Assembly: GCF_001598795.1 (NCBI RefSeq)
Contig: NZ_BCZP01000002.1
Location: 120,001 to 152,000, forward strand
Direction of reading: 5' to 3'
From: Delftia acidovorans NBRC 14950
Lineage (GTDB): Bacteria; Pseudomonadota; Gammaproteobacteria; Burkholderiales; Burkholderiaceae_C
Length of the DNA: 32,000 nt
The position numbers were made by a program, and so were the translations under genes. Below the pieces are notes generated by a model. It saw only the letters and a list, made by a program, of their open reading frames with translations, ran no database searches and had not been told where the DNA came from. Shown here one piece after another: positions 31,690 through 32,000 of this stretch. Within the stretch, counting starts at the first letter, position 1, and each line of letters starts with the position of its first letter.

Positions 31690-32000
31690 TCAGGGTGCCT
31701 GGCGGCCCTTGAGCTGCAGGTCGGCGAAGTCGCCGTTGTCCTGCGCCAGCCGGATGCGCACGGGCAGGTATTGCATGGACGGCGCCAGCCACAGCGAGGC
31801 CTGCTGGTCATCGCCGGCCGCCGCGATCTTGTCCAGCCGCAGCGCCTGCGTGCTGCCCGAGGGCAGGTCCAGCGTCTCGGTCTCACCCACGCGGAAGGTC
31901 CAGCGGTCGGCGCGCCGCGCGCTGACGGTGATGAAGCTGATCTGCGTACCCGCCGGGTAGCGCTGCGGCGCCGCCGCCAGCAGGGCCGACAGTTGCAGGA
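31690..32000 (-). CDS. C-terminal part of a conserved hypothetical protein (DUF3108-like); the N-terminus lies beyond the window
   Basis: The minus frame is open from the window edge to TGA (31692-31690). It reads ...YPAGTQISFITVSARRADRWTFRVGETETLDLPSGSTQALRLDKI...LWLAPSMQYLPVRIRLAQDNGDFADLQLKG. The family assignment is from memory of the C-terminal pattern only. Confidence 0.45.
   Translation of the reverse strand, partial: LQLSALLAAAPQRYPAGTQISFITVSARRADRWTFRVGETETLDLPSGSTQALRLDKIAAAGDDQQASLWLAPSMQYLPVRIRLAQDNGDFADLQLKGRQAP

Noticed and set aside
1-32000. A scan for mobile elements, integrases, tRNA/rRNA genes, CRISPR arrays and defence-system-like genes.
   Set aside because: I found no transposase- or integrase-like ORF, no terminal inverted repeats flanking the low-GC IPTL-CTERM gene, no regularly spaced short direct repeats, and no tRNA-like T-arm motif in the few intergenic regions longer than 100 nt.

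Overview
High-GC (roughly 65-70% by eye) proteobacterial chromosomal segment. The composition, the IPTL-CTERM gene and the DUF3567/DUF3108 pair suggest a beta-proteobacterium of the Burkholderiales/Comamonadaceae type, but this is inference only. All calls rest on recognised motifs, gene lengths and start/stop geometry, because no homology search could be run.

Gene content, 5' to 3':
(1) The 3' part of narL.
(2) A minus-strand operon encoding a TonB-dependent receptor, a SAM methyltransferase and an RhtX/FptX-like MFS permease. A PchR/YbtA-like AraC regulator is divergent from it, and a Fur-box-like site lies between them.
(3) An approximately 14.4 kb co-directional block, narK1-narK2-narGHJI-ppiC-(beta-carbonic anhydrase)-nrdJ-hemerythrin, with only tiny intergenic gaps. 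Candidate Anr/FNR and NarL 7-2-7 sites precede it.
(4) An AbrB-family membrane protein.
(5) A tightly packed minus-strand operon: sugar-porter MFS, a divergent glycerol-kinase-like FGGY kinase, GlpD, an alkyl-DHAP-synthase-like FAD oxidase, and a GlpP-family antiterminator.
(6) An AT-rich divergent control region containing perfect palindromes.
(7) A compositionally atypical 770-aa secreted IPTL-CTERM protein with an unrecognised N-terminal domain and Cys-pair Ig-like repeats.
(8) A DUF3567 gene and a partial DUF3108-like gene.

I saw no rRNA, tRNA, CRISPR array, IS element or integrase. The many very long antisense ORFs look like GC-bias artefacts.

The best candidates for undescribed biology are the GlpP-linked kinase/GlpD/AGPS-like operon, the orphan IPTL-CTERM surface protein, and the nar-nrdJ-hemerythrin super-operon.
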